A stretch of 32,000 nucleotides of DNA from Wallemia ichthyophaga EXF-994. Lineage: Eukaryota > Fungi > Basidiomycota. The stretch's first letter is position 1. Each line of letters opens with the position of its first letter. The notes below the pieces were generated by a model. The model made no database searches, was not told where the DNA came from, and saw nothing but the letters and a program-made list of their open reading frames with translations. Positions 10,565 through 22,100 of this stretch are shown piece by piece. A program made the translations under genes and the position numbers. The stretch is from positions 266,107 through 298,106 of the forward strand of contig NW_008806279.1 of NCBI RefSeq assembly GCF_000400465.1, in the 5' to 3' direction.

Positions 10565-12580
10565 ATGAATACATCCGCAAAAGTACTGTTGATATCGCTG
10601 ACGGTACTAATCTGCGGCTTACTGTACACCCAAAACTCCCCGCAAGTTTTCGACTATGTAGGTTGGCTATTTGCAACGCTATTCGTCGTATCTCATCGCG
10701 TGCCATTGGATAGGTGGTTGTCGGAGGAGGCACATCGGGGCTCGTAGTAGCCAACAGACTCGTGAAGCGTGGCGCTTCAGTTCTCGTACTCGAAGCAGGT
10801 CCTGATTCTGCGCACCGTGACGCGGTGAATGTTGCAGGCATGTTCGGCTCAACGCTGAATTCCGACATCGATTGGAAATATGACTTGGGTTTGAGCATCC
10901 CAATGCCGCGTGGGCGCACTCTAGGTGGTAGCAGTGCTGTAAACTTCCTGTAGGCACGGCGTGCACTCCAACTCCAACACCCCTCGCTCACATCACACAT
11001 CATACTTCAGATTGTGGAATAGACCGGCAGACATTGAAATAGACGCTTGGGAGGAGATGGGCGCTGTAGGCTGGAATTGGGATAGCCTTCTCGAGGCGAT
11101 GAAACAAATTGAGACATTTCACCCTCCCTCCGAACAGATTAGCAAACTGTTTGGGCTGGACGAGCAAGTGGATTCGCAGCACTTCGGCTCTTACGGCGGA
11201 ATTCATCTGAGCTACCCACGCTTTGCAACAGAGGTAGATAAAAAGTGGCTGGAGTCAATGAAGAGATTGGGAAATCCCTCTAACGTGAACTCAGCCAGTG
11301 GTGATAATGTTGGAGCAACTGTGTCACCTATTACAATGGACCCTAGCGACTTTTCAAGATCATACTCCGCATCTGCGTTCCTCAAACCTGTGCGACACAT
11401 GTCCAATCTGACAGTGTTGGATGGTGCGACCGTGTCTCGGATCCTCACCGAAAAAAATTCTGACGGTTCAGTTAGGGCTACTGGGGTAGAGTATATACAC
11501 AAAGGGAAGCTGCTCAATGTTGGCGTGCGCAATAAGGCGGTGTTAGCGGCGGGGGCTATTTCAACACCGCAGGTATTGGAGCTGAGTGGTATTGGAGACA
11601 GAGGGATACTAGAGAAATATGGAATCGAAACGGTAATGCATCAGCCTAATGTGGGAAAAAACTTCCAAGACCACACATACTCAACCTCTGTATTCGAATT
11701 AGACAACTCGGTGCGGAGTATTGGTTTAGTGTGAGGGATGCATATGGCTTCAGAACGCCACTGACTAGCGCACAGACACTCCGACCCATCGATAGCATTG
11801 GAAGAACTCACCAAACTGCGCTCAAAGGAGCTCTCTCTTCTCGAGCAGGCCAATGTTTGCGTTGCGTATCTCACACCTGAACAGATACTGGACGACGACG
11901 ACAAACGGCTGCTATCTGAGCTGATGAAGGAGATGGAGACATACCAGGGCGAATACAAAGAACAATACGAGAAGCAGCTGGAATACCTTAGAAGCGGGAA
12001 AGTGACGCAGAGTGAATACATCAATGTCGGGTTCTTCGCTGATGTGCACCATGCTCCAGAAGCTAACAAGACGTATGCCACACTACTTGCAGCCAACCAG
12101 CACGCATTTGCGAGAGGTAGTGTGCACATAAAGAGCACCGACCCATATACACAACCTCATATCGATCATCAGTATCTCTCACAACCTATCGACGTGCTAC
12201 TACAAAAAGCTGCGTTGAAGTACACGCGCAAGATAGCTGGTCAGTCTCCACTGAGCGAGTTGGTGAAGAGGGAGGTCATACCAGGACCGCAAGTAACCAG
12301 TAATGCAGAATGGGAGGCGTTTGTGAGGGAAAAGGTAACTGGAGAGTATCATCCTATAGGCACTGCGAAGATGGGCAGAGTAGAGGATGGGGCAGTTGTG
12401 GATAGCAAATTGAAGGTGCATGGTACGGAGAACATACATATTGTGAGTAGATGCTTACTATCTCCTTGTAAAATGCCTGACTCGTCATAGGTTGATGCGA
12501 GTGTGATACCACTACACGTTTCTGCGCACATCCAATCGGTAGTCTACGCTATAGCGAGCAGGAGCACACTATACCTCTAA
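10565..12580 (+). CDS. GMC oxidoreductase (CAZy AA3_2-like: glucose oxidase/dehydrogenase or aryl-alcohol oxidase type), 601 aa, N-terminal signal/anchor
   Basis: join(10565..10657,10714..10949,11011..11730,11776..12442,12491..12580). FDYVVVGGGTSGLVVANRL FAD fold, PRGRTLGGSSAVN, LAAGAISTPQVLELSGIG, catalytic EYHPIGT and VDASVIPLHVSAHIQ. Confidence 0.92.
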
Positions 12581-13046
12581 TTGAGAATTAAATCATTTAA
12601 ATTTGGCGCATAAATTATACTACCGAGATACTGATAACAAATTACCAATATGGAAAGAGCGCCGGATGTGTGTGCGAGCGTACGAGCGTGTATAGATGTC
12701 AGAATGCGTGTGTAAACTATGCAGTATCTCCAAGCACCCCTGGCTCCATCTATTACACCATTATTTAAGCGACCTTCGCTAGCAGACGCATCATTTGCTA
12801 GGCTGAAAAAAATCCGCAAATAGGAGAAGCGTGACCTAGTCTATAATGATCAGCGCGCTCTACACAGCAAGATAGGCTATGCGTAGAGGGCCTCAGATGG
12901 CAAATTTTATCTGCCAGTGACTCCGTTGTTCCTTAAGTGCAAAAACTCTTATCAGAGTGTTGCGCCTATACGACCAAATCGGATCGAGTAAACGAGTGCT
13001 CTAAAATAATCAGCGCTTAAAAACACTTGTGATAGACTAGAAAGAA

Positions 13047-15021
13047 ATGCTGCACGACGAGGAGAAGATCGTTGGTTTGTCCAGCGCCAATCCCAAAATA
13101 GACGACAAGAAGGAGACGTCTTTTTCGACGCCGGATGTCAGCAATGCCCCAGAAACATACGATCCCTCCCAAGAATCCATCTGGACGAGACTCGGTCTGT
13201 CGTTCAACTCGTTCAGGAGTGTCAGTGGCTCTTTGTACTCTTGGCTCATTTCTGATTTCTCTGCAGGCCCCTGCGACCACTGCCCGTGTGGCTGTTGCTA
13301 CCGATTCTGGTGATATTGCTCAAGAAGAAATTGAAGGTGCAGCGTCGGACGGTGTCTTACAGAAAAATATCCCTGGCAGATCTCTACAGATGATTGCTGT
13401 CGGGTGGGTGAAGCGTTGAGCTTAATAGTATTTTCTAACGCTCCCGCAGTGGATCTATTGGTACCGGATTGTTTATTAGCACAGGTGGTGCTTTGGCTAA
13501 CGTGGGTTGAGTCGCGGATATCAATAGCACGCCCTAACAAACTCACAGGGTGGCCCAGTCTCTATGATTATCGGTTGGCTCATCATGTCTGTCACGCTGT
13601 TCTGCGTTGTCAACGCTATCGGTGAACTCGCAATATTATACCCAGCTGAAGGTGGTTTCTATGCTATGGCAAATAGGTTTATAGATGAGAATGTCGGTTA
13701 TGCTATGGGCATGCTCTATGCTCTCCAATGGGTCGTCGTCCTTCCGCTCGAACTCACAGCGATCGCGCAGACGATACAGTACTGGGATGGCAATATATTT
13801 GATATATACACATCGAACGCTGTCTGGATAAGTGTCTTTTTCGTTGTCGTCATCGTTATCAACATCTTCGGCAATAAGGCTTATGCAGAAGAGGAATTTT
13901 GGTCGGCTATCATTAAAGTTGCTGTCATTCTACTCTTCATCATCTCAGGAATCGTCTTCAACTGCGGTGGTGGTCCTGACTCTGGTGATTACAACAATTA
14001 CCTCGGCGGTGAGTACTACCATCGACCAGGGTTGCACAACGGTATAGCGAATGGTTTCAAGGGCGTCTGCAGTGTTTTCGTTGCAGCTGGTTTCTCATTT
14101 GCTGGCTCAGAGCTTGTCGGTATCGCCGTTTCAGAAGTCAAGGATCCTGTTAAGGTGATGCCATCAGCAATCAAGGCCGTCATATGGAGAATTTTCATCA
14201 TCTTCTTCGTATCTGTCATCATCATAGGATTAAATGTCCCATACGACGATTCTAGACTGATGAGTAGCGAAAATCCATCGGCTACCTCCCCATTCGTTAT
14301 CATGATGAGCAAAGCTAGCGTGAACGGATTGGACCACCTCATCAACACTATTATCTTGCTCTCATGCACCTCTATCGCATTGGCGTCTGTTTACGGTGGA
14401 TCCCGTACCATACAAGCTATGGCCCAACAGCGTTTTTTGCCGAGATGGTGTTCTAAGGTTGATAAAGCTGGTAGACCACTGAATGCAGTATTTATCTCGC
14501 TACTCTTCGGCCCACTTGCATATCTAGCCCTGGCTAGCAACGGATCAACGGTTTTGGATTGGCTGATCGCCGTCAGTGCACTGTCGACCTTGTTCACTTG
14601 GTTGTCTATTTGCGTCTGTCACATCAGATTCCGTACTGCTTGGTACAAGCAAGGTCACACTAAAGACGAGATCCCATACCAGAGCGCGTCAGGTATCCTC
14701 GGCAGCTATTTCGCAGGTTTCGTCATTATCCTCATCCTTATTGCACAATTTTACATCGGTGTTTTCCCTATCGGAGAGGGTAGCATGAATGGAATGGAGA
14801 GAGCATCAGAGTTCTTCCAGGCTTATCTTGCTTTGCCCGTCGGATTGCTCTTCTATGGTCAATCTTTCTTCGTAAAGACGTCATGGCCAACGAGGAGTAA
14901 AGATATTGATTTGGATACGGGTAGAAAGGTCTTCCTTACGGCTGACTACCTCAATGCACAACGCCAAGCTCGTAAGAATGCGCCTATTCACAAGCGTATC
15001 TGGCAAATTCTATTCAATTAA
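13047..15021 (+). CDS. Amino-acid permease, yeast amino acid transporter (YAT) family of the APC superfamily, 611 aa
   Basis: join(13047..13220,13267..13403,13450..13501,13549..15021). QMIAVGGSIGTGLF, GELAILYP, FSFAGSELVG and SATSPFVI motifs, with about 12 hydrophobic segments. Confidence 0.93.
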
Positions 15022-15268
15022 TCTCACCTCTATTCCTAAACATCAACAAAATAACTAATTCACATACTCCTGCTTAATCTTGCATCATCGCCAATTCACT
15101 TTCAACCTAGAAGGATTTAATCTCTTTCACGTTCTTTCTGCTTTTGTATACAAGGATTTCTTGTGCTATGCATTCTCACCTCAATCTTCATGACATTTAT
15201 AGGTAGATAGATAAGGATGTGGTATCGACAAACAAACAATACAAGCAGCATTGGGGCATTGGACAGGT

Positions 15269-16997
15269 CTAAGCACCATCTACAGTCATAGGCTCAGCCT
15301 GTGCTTCTCCAGACAGCTCCAACGATCGCTCAAAGTATCTGTTAGGATGGTTGACGCTCTCGCCACCGCCCAAACCATCGCCCTTTCTGACACCTTTATT
15401 AGCATGGGTTATTTCGAAGACCCTCGTGCAAGCTACGTGGAAGTGCTGCGCCTTTACAGCACCTGTGATTTCATTTAGATCGTTCGTATCTGTTATACCG
15501 TATGTAGCGCGTAGAGAAGGAACGAGATGATCTAAGGAGAAGTGTCTGAAAGGACAGCCATGATTATCTTGGGGTCCTGGCTGATCCTGTGTGATAATCT
15601 TTTGACATGAACGTGGGGGATACGACTTACGACCACCCTCCAAACCAAAGCTGTGACGAATGTTGTATCGGTATTCCTTGTTGAATTTGTCGTCTGATAT
15701 ATTGGCACCGTAGCTCTTGCGCCAGAACACTATGGCTTCGTCTACACTCAAACCAATACCTTTCAAGAAAAGTGTATACTGCAACCTGCCGAAATGTTTG
15801 AGGTGGTGGGTGTTCTGCAGTCTGTCGTGTAAGCTGCGCATACACATTGGGAAATGCTTCTTGGCTAGCATGTCGATCGACTCGGCTGAGATTTTGCGAT
15901 CTGAGTTGAAGGAAGCGGGGTCGAAAGCTTCAGATGAAAGACCAGCGAGGAATGACAGGGATAGATGCGATAGTACTGGTAGCAGTCGACTGTCTTCGTC
16001 GAGACGTGGAAGCGCTTTGGCTGTGAACTGTAAAGCGTCGGTCAAGAATCAAAGATCAAGGGCGCCTCACGTACCTCTAAAGCTTGCTGCAGCTGCGAGG
16101 AGAAAGAGTTGAGGATGAGCGATGTCTGCTCGCGCATTGGCACATAAGCGTATCCTTGCTTCAGGAAGACGCGGCGTCTCTCGACTAGCTCAGGAACTTG
16201 AGTCCATTTGACCTGGGAGCAAAGTGTAAGCAAAGCATAGAGATAAGAAAACCCAGCTGACTTTGTAATAGAGCTCCTTTTCAAACTCAGCTGGTTTGAT
16301 TGCGATACCTGGATTCGAGCTGATAAGGAAAGGTCTCAAGCTCTCCTTCTCGACGTCGTCTACCTGTGGGTCGTTGTGAGGGCTAGGGTTTGTAAAATTC
16401 CCTGACACACCTCCTCCCAATCCACTTTACTCGACTGGCTGCTCTTCATCGAATGCAAGAAGGCGTTCTTCTCAGCCGTCGTAGCGTCATCGAATCTGAT
16501 TCTAAAAAGTGTTGTTTCCGCCTTGACAAACCGCCGCCTAAGTTCCTCAGATCTGCAGAAAGCCAGTCTGAGAACGTAGTGACTGACGTGATCCTTCTTC
16601 CTCTCAGCCTCCAACGTTGCAGTTCTAGTGTAATTGGTAGAAAGACTGAGCAGCTTAGCAGACTGGCTCTTAATCACAGCCTTTGTATCATTGAACGGTC
16701 TATTCCTCACTTGAGAAGCCTCAATTTCAGCGAGGACTGCTGGGCGTGAGAGGAGTGGTATAAGGATAGGGGTGTACGCACTCTTGAGCCTGTCTATAGC
16801 CCAGCTTTCAAATTCTTCCAAACTCACTTCAAGTAGTGGTGCTTGTTGGTAGCTGTACGCGTCGCGTTCAACACGCGTATTGGAATTGGGACAAGCAGCG
16901 CGGCTTACAAATTAAGTCTGTGCTTATAGAGTCCATTGTAGTTGTCTACTTCCAATGCGCCTCCTTTTCTATTCGCTGCCCCGCTTATTGAGTTCAT
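15269..16997 (-). CDS. PRI2: DNA primase large (Fe-S) subunit, 494 aa
   Basis: complement(join(15269..16027,16075..16212,16262..16363,16411..16736,16782..16852,16909..16997)). YKHRLNFY, LEEFESWAIDRL, SHYVLRLAFCRSEELRRRF and four Fe-S Cys (HFPMCM, PRSCQKI, HGCPF, VACTRVF). Confidence 0.95.
16857..16903. promoter_or_regulatory. Putative MCB (MluI cell-cycle box) cluster inside PRI2 intron 1
   Basis: ACGCGT at 16857..16862 and 16873..16878, TCGCGT (ACGCGA on minus) at 16862..16867 and CGCG at 16899..16902, all within the 56-nt intron 16853..16908. Confidence 0.5.
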
Positions 16998-17061
16998 CTT
17001 CCTGTCTTCGTCGTTGTGCAGCAAGAGATGGGTTCCTGCTCGACGACGACGAGACCGAGAG
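16998..17061. promoter_or_regulatory. 64-bp head-to-head gap between the PRI2 and MED7 start codons (bidirectional promoter region)
   Basis: PRI2 ATG at 16997 (minus) and MED7 ATG at 17062 (plus). Confidence 0.65.
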
Positions 17062-18044
17062 ATGGATAATGAAACTGTCGAAGTCGGAAGCACATTCCCA
17101 GCGCCGCCTTCTTTTTACAAGTATTTTACGCAGCATAATCTCGATTTAGTCGACAGCGTCCCCGCCGATATCCCACCAACGACAGACGGATTCCGGGAGT
17201 GGTACAAGGAGCAGTGCGGCGATGACATAGGCGTTGATCTCAGATATACGCTGTCCAAGCCTCGCGTTGATTGGATTGTCGAAGATGGCTATTACAGTGC
17301 ATACGGGGAAATCTGGCCTGTGGGTGGTGTTGCTGCGATGCGTATCTGCGTATGTGCTAAACCACTTCCAGCTCAAAGAGAGTCTGCCTTCTTTGAAGGA
17401 TAGCGGCGTCAAGCAGCTCTACCCAGATGATACGACTGGTGGGCTTCTTTTTCACTCGTTGTAGCTCTCTAATTGGAAGCAGATAAGAGACCAGCATTAC
17501 ATGCACTTCTGCGGACTATCCTGATTACACACTTGGATATCACCAAAGAACTCACAGCTCCACCTCCTCCAATCGACGCTGATCCGTTATCGAGACTGAG
17601 GGATAAGGTGGGTTTTTTACACAGAACGTTCATCAGACAACACCCCAACACTATTCTTTACTCAGATTGAGCACATTAGGCTGACTGGTATCAACATGCA
17701 TCATATCATCAACGAGCTTCGTCCGATGCAGGTGAGCTATCTTAATCTTTCTCAACACATATTCACAATCTTTGCAGGCCAGAGAGACTCTTTCCCATCT
17801 ACAGCAACAGCAGCAGGACAAACGCAAAGCCAAGACGGAGGAAATCAAAGCAAAGCATCAGGAAATAAGGGATAAGATGGCAGAAATACAGCAGTCATCA
17901 GCTGCTGTGATAGAAAGGGTGACTAAGAGGGTCAAGGAATCTCAAGTTCACTGCAATCACGCCGACAATCAAATGGACGTGGACAAAGACAAAGCAAATG
18001 TATCGCATCAACAGCTACTTTTAGAACTCATTAACGACTTGTAA
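17062..18044 (+). CDS. MED7: Mediator subunit 7, 260 aa
   Basis: join(17062..17319,17372..17438,17483..17607,17666..17731,17778..18044). STFPAPPSFYKYFT, LPSLKDSGVKQLYP and NMHHIINELRPMQARETL, the Med7 signature. Confidence 0.92.
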
Positions 18045-18097
18045 TATCAAAATATGCATAGATTCTGTACTAATGGACATTAAGCCTGGCGTACCGC

Positions 18098-18126
18098 TGA
18101 GAATAGATGAGAATAGATGAGAATAG
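18098..18126 (+). repeat. 10-bp tandem repeat (TGAGAATAGA) x2.9 in the MED7/NIF3 convergent 3' gap
   Basis: TGAGAATAGATGAGAATAGATGAGAATAG, read directly. Confidence 0.85.
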
Positions 18127-18160
18127 CCTGATTGTACTCAGGACACGCAATCCTTCCGGG

Positions 18161-19081
18161 TTATACTGAAACAAGAGGATCCTTGTCTTCGACACAAGTA
18201 GTCACTTTCCACTTCACTGGTTCGAGCTTGGCCTCTTCACGCTCAATTTGGATAGCCTCGGTCAACGCGTCTCTCAGGCTTGTTTGGAGGTATACGCGCT
18301 CAGAGTTGCTGTGATTGAGAAGAATGACAGATGTGCCATTGGCAACAGCTGCAAGAACATCGTGCTGCTAAATGTGAGTGACTTAATAGATGAAAAGATG
18401 GAATCTTACGTGTCCCATTTCACCAGTGACATACAAGTCGACTGAAGGAGCCTTGCTAAGTATAGAGGAACCTGAACCGGCACAAACGGCCACGCTATTG
18501 ATATGTTTCTTACCTCCATCGGCGAATTGAAGTGTGTCTAAATTGAAAACAGACTTTATGTGGTTTATAACCTCCTTTATCCTCATGGGGTTACGATAAG
18601 GATCCTGTGGGGATGCGAATGTGCCGTATCTACCCATTCCAGCATCGTGATGACTGTCTATGGTGGAAGTGGTAGGAATGATTGCGTTTGAAGTCTTGTG
18701 ACCGGTGATAGCAGTGAACATCCAATCATTTACACCGCCCCTGACAGCGTCACAGGCGGTGTGGGGTGAATATACGCTAATTCCATTTGAAATGCACTTG
18801 AGAAGTGTGCGCTGTATTGGATTATCGGTTGTAATGGATTTCAATGGTTTAAAGATGGGTGGGTGGTAACTGACAACGACGGATACGAATGGGTTATCAC
18901 TGATAATCCTATCGAACACTTTCTCTGTTAAATCATTGACGATGACAACATGCTGTCCAGATCCATTACGCTGAGGGGATTCCACAAGGAGACCAACGTT
19001 ATCCCAGCTTTTATCTGCCAACTCCAACGGTGCAATTCTCTGCATCGCCCTTGAAACAATTTTAGCATTCGTTGTCGCCAT
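18161..19081 (-). CDS. NIF3: NIF3/YbgI (DUF34) family dinuclear metal-binding protein, 291 aa
   Basis: complement(join(18161..18364,18410..19081)). APLELADKSWDNVGLL, SYHPPIF, YSPHTACDA, VAVCAGSG, GEMGHH and HSNSER motifs. Confidence 0.93.
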
Positions 19082-19117
19082 CGTCGTTTCCCTTGAAAAG
19101 TCTTCTTCATTCACGCC
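19082..19117. promoter_or_regulatory. 36-bp head-to-head gap between the NIF3 and UTP10 start codons
   Basis: NIF3 ATG at 19081 (minus) and UTP10 ATG at 19118 (plus). Both N-termini look full-length for their families. Confidence 0.65.
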
Positions 19118-22100
19118 ATGAGCAGTCTTCAAGACCAAATCGCTCAATTGGCAAGCCATGACGCTGCAAGGATAAATAAGCCTTCGAAAAGGGACTCTTA
19201 TCTATTCGAACCAAATCATGCGGCTGAATTGGATATCAGTGATATACACCTCTTAGCCATCGGTGGTTACGATCAGCTCAAAGAACTTGATTCTTCTTTT
19301 GAAGATTTTGAGTCCACCCTTTTCACAGACCCCGTCAAAGATCTCGATAGAACTTCCCTCAACAAATCCCAAGTCGAGCTGCTTAACACTACCCTTAACA
19401 GATTCCTCGTTAAGCTCAGCCCTCACTTGCCTACAAGAGCTGCTGCCAAGGTTTTGGAGTGGCTCATTAGAAAGTTCAGGTGCGTTTGTTCTGAAATTTT
19501 TCTCATTTTCTCATATCCCCCTCCAAAGAGTACACGAATTCAATATAGACGCAACTTTAATTGCCTTCCTCCCTTACCACGACTCTACAAGCTTTTCAAA
19601 AATCTTGCAGCTGCTCAATTTGCCTCCTGCATCGAGCAGCAACAAGTATTCCTTCTTGCTTCCTGTCAAGAAATCTCACCAGGCGCTGCAAAGATCAATC
19701 CTACTGAGAGCAATCAAATCTGATCACGAGGTTCTCAAGCTCGTCTCTCAATCCCTTCCTTCCGCTCTCGAAGTCGTCTCCACTCATAGACCACTTTCTT
19801 CATTCTGGACTATCACTTTGTTGGAATACATTCAGCAAGCTAGAAAAATTCAAGACGGTGAATTGACCACCCTCTACGCCTCTATTAGAGCTACCCTTCG
19901 TAATAAATCCAGCAAGGATGCTCAATATGCTGCAAGAATGGTTTTCGTTGTCTTAGCTCAGAAGATGCCTCTCGGTGATAAGCTCCTTACTTCTCTCATG
20001 GTATCCATGCTCAAAGCTCTTAAAGATGACAAGAAAATTGACAGTGAGGTTGATCAGATTCTGCTCACTCTCTTTGCAATCATTGACGCTCAGGGTGTTC
20101 AAATTGCTCATGAAGATTACGCCAAACGTGTCCTCTCTATCCAGTGAGTTGTTTGCACTAGCTCTGTTTAATCTAATCCACACCATTCAATAGTGATCTT
20201 GGCAACCGCTTCTTAAGCTACCTAGACAACTACAGTGTCGACAAAGGTATCGCCAGCCTCATTCCAACTCTCATGGCAAAAGTAAAGGATAGTGATACTG
20301 CAAAATCAACACTCGTTACTCTCCTCGAATCTCCAAAGCTTTCAAAGATAGTTGGTCAATCAATTTGCGACGTCCTCATTCAACACGCACAGGCCGAGGA
20401 GTATGCCTCACTTATCAGTCTCGCTTACCAGAGATGGGGAGAAACATTTGACAACTCGATACAAAAGTATCAAAAGACTCTCGATGACGCTCAGCGCAAG
20501 CAACTCTTCACTGCACTCACCAATGCCAATTCTCACGGCATGCACAAGACGATGGACACTGGTGACAATGCAACCACTCTATTCTTGTCGACTAACGCTG
20601 CAGACAACACCACCCGTGCATTGGCCGTAACCCAGCTGCTCGATCAAATAAAAGCAGGTCAAATCGATGATAAGGATTTTGTTCAAGATACTTTAATAGC
20701 AAGGCTAGGAGATGACGTCTCAAGTATTATCACCTCGCTTTACACCCAGCCTGACATAGTTCTTGATCACGTCAGCGCTGAAGCTATCCTAAAAGCAGTT
20801 GACCAATCAATGAACGCTAAGCGCGTACCATCAGAGGTCGTACTGGCTCACGTCAGCTTCCTTGTGAACCACTTTGCACGTCGTTATTCATCGAAACTCA
20901 TTCTTCCTGTCATTTGGAATCAGCTTCTAGTCACATCCAAGACTTTAAATAGCAGAAAAAGGCTGTGGCAGTTGATAAAAGAAGCCAACATCAAAGAAGG
21001 CGCTTTGAAGGGAGTCGCAGAGCCTGTCGTCAAGATTCTCATTCAAGAAGAGCACAAGACAGTGAACGACGTCATAGCTCAATCGTTAGCTAAGAATATG
21101 TTGGAAGATCATGACGTTCTTTTCAATCTTATTCGAGTTGATGCAGCACACAATACGCGTATGCTTGCCTTGCTCGTTTCATCCCATCTCCTTAGTCAAT
21201 TATCTGGTGAACCCAAACTCAAGCTTTCAGCTAGCGTATTGGAGAATACTAGCAGAAGTACGCTCGAAAACTCATCAGTGAATGAATTAGCTGTTATGAA
21301 CACTGAGAAGGTTTCGTCCATGTTGTACAAAAAACCAGAGTCAGAAACCACTATCCACTCGGTCGTTGCATTGGCACTGTCAGTTGGTATCAGCAACATA
21401 ACTTTCAAAGAAATCTCTTGGCTCAGTAAGGCGTCTAGAGAAGCGCACACATTCGAGACTGAGTTCTGTTACGCTGCATACAGACTGGCTAATGCACCAA
21501 CTACTTTGACCAGCTTAGCCACCACATTGCTCAGATCAATTTTCACAGGATTGAGAGACTCCTCACTCGCTTTCCTTGCTTCTATCTACACTGACAGGAG
21601 CCAAAGTGGTCATATCCGCAATGCATCAATTAAGCACGCTGAAGCTTTCTTGCAAGTATCTGCCCATCCTAAAGCTAGTGTTGATTACCAGACTATTCTT
21701 CCATCATTGCTAATTGGATTGCAAGACCCAGTGAAGGATATCCGTTCAGGTGCTTCCCACTGCATAAAACTGCTGTCGAAGTCGCATTGCACGACTGGTA
21801 ACATGTACGCTTTTGATAAGATATACGGCGAGAGCTCCAAGAAGATACAGTACCTCGGATCAGATGAAGTTCAAGAGTACTGCAAAGTTCTCAACGACGA
21901 AAGTGAGAACTTTGTCAACGATGGCGGATATTTGACTACTTATCACTCAAACATACTCGGTAGGAGTAAAAGTGACAAGAAACTCTCGAAGCAGTTGAGA
22001 GTTAGTATCATCTGCTACCTCTTTTCACATGTTGTTGGTTGGCAGAACTTGGAAGCTAGACGCATTCTTATGGAATCACTTGCTGATATTTGGGATGCAA

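Noticed and set aside
12491-12580. Possible truncation or frameshift of the GMC C-terminus (AIASRSTLYL*)
   Set aside because: It aligns residue-for-residue in length with the usual AIAE(K/R)AADII ending, so it is divergent rather than truncated.
12581-13046. GATA-like sites upstream of the amino-acid permease (possible nitrogen-catabolite control)
   Set aside because: Only one perfect GATAAG (reverse strand, ~12948) and a few GATA cores, which is not above background.
18098-18126. CRISPR-like or other structured repeat array
   Set aside because: A contiguous 10-bp tandem repeat without spacers, in a eukaryotic genome.
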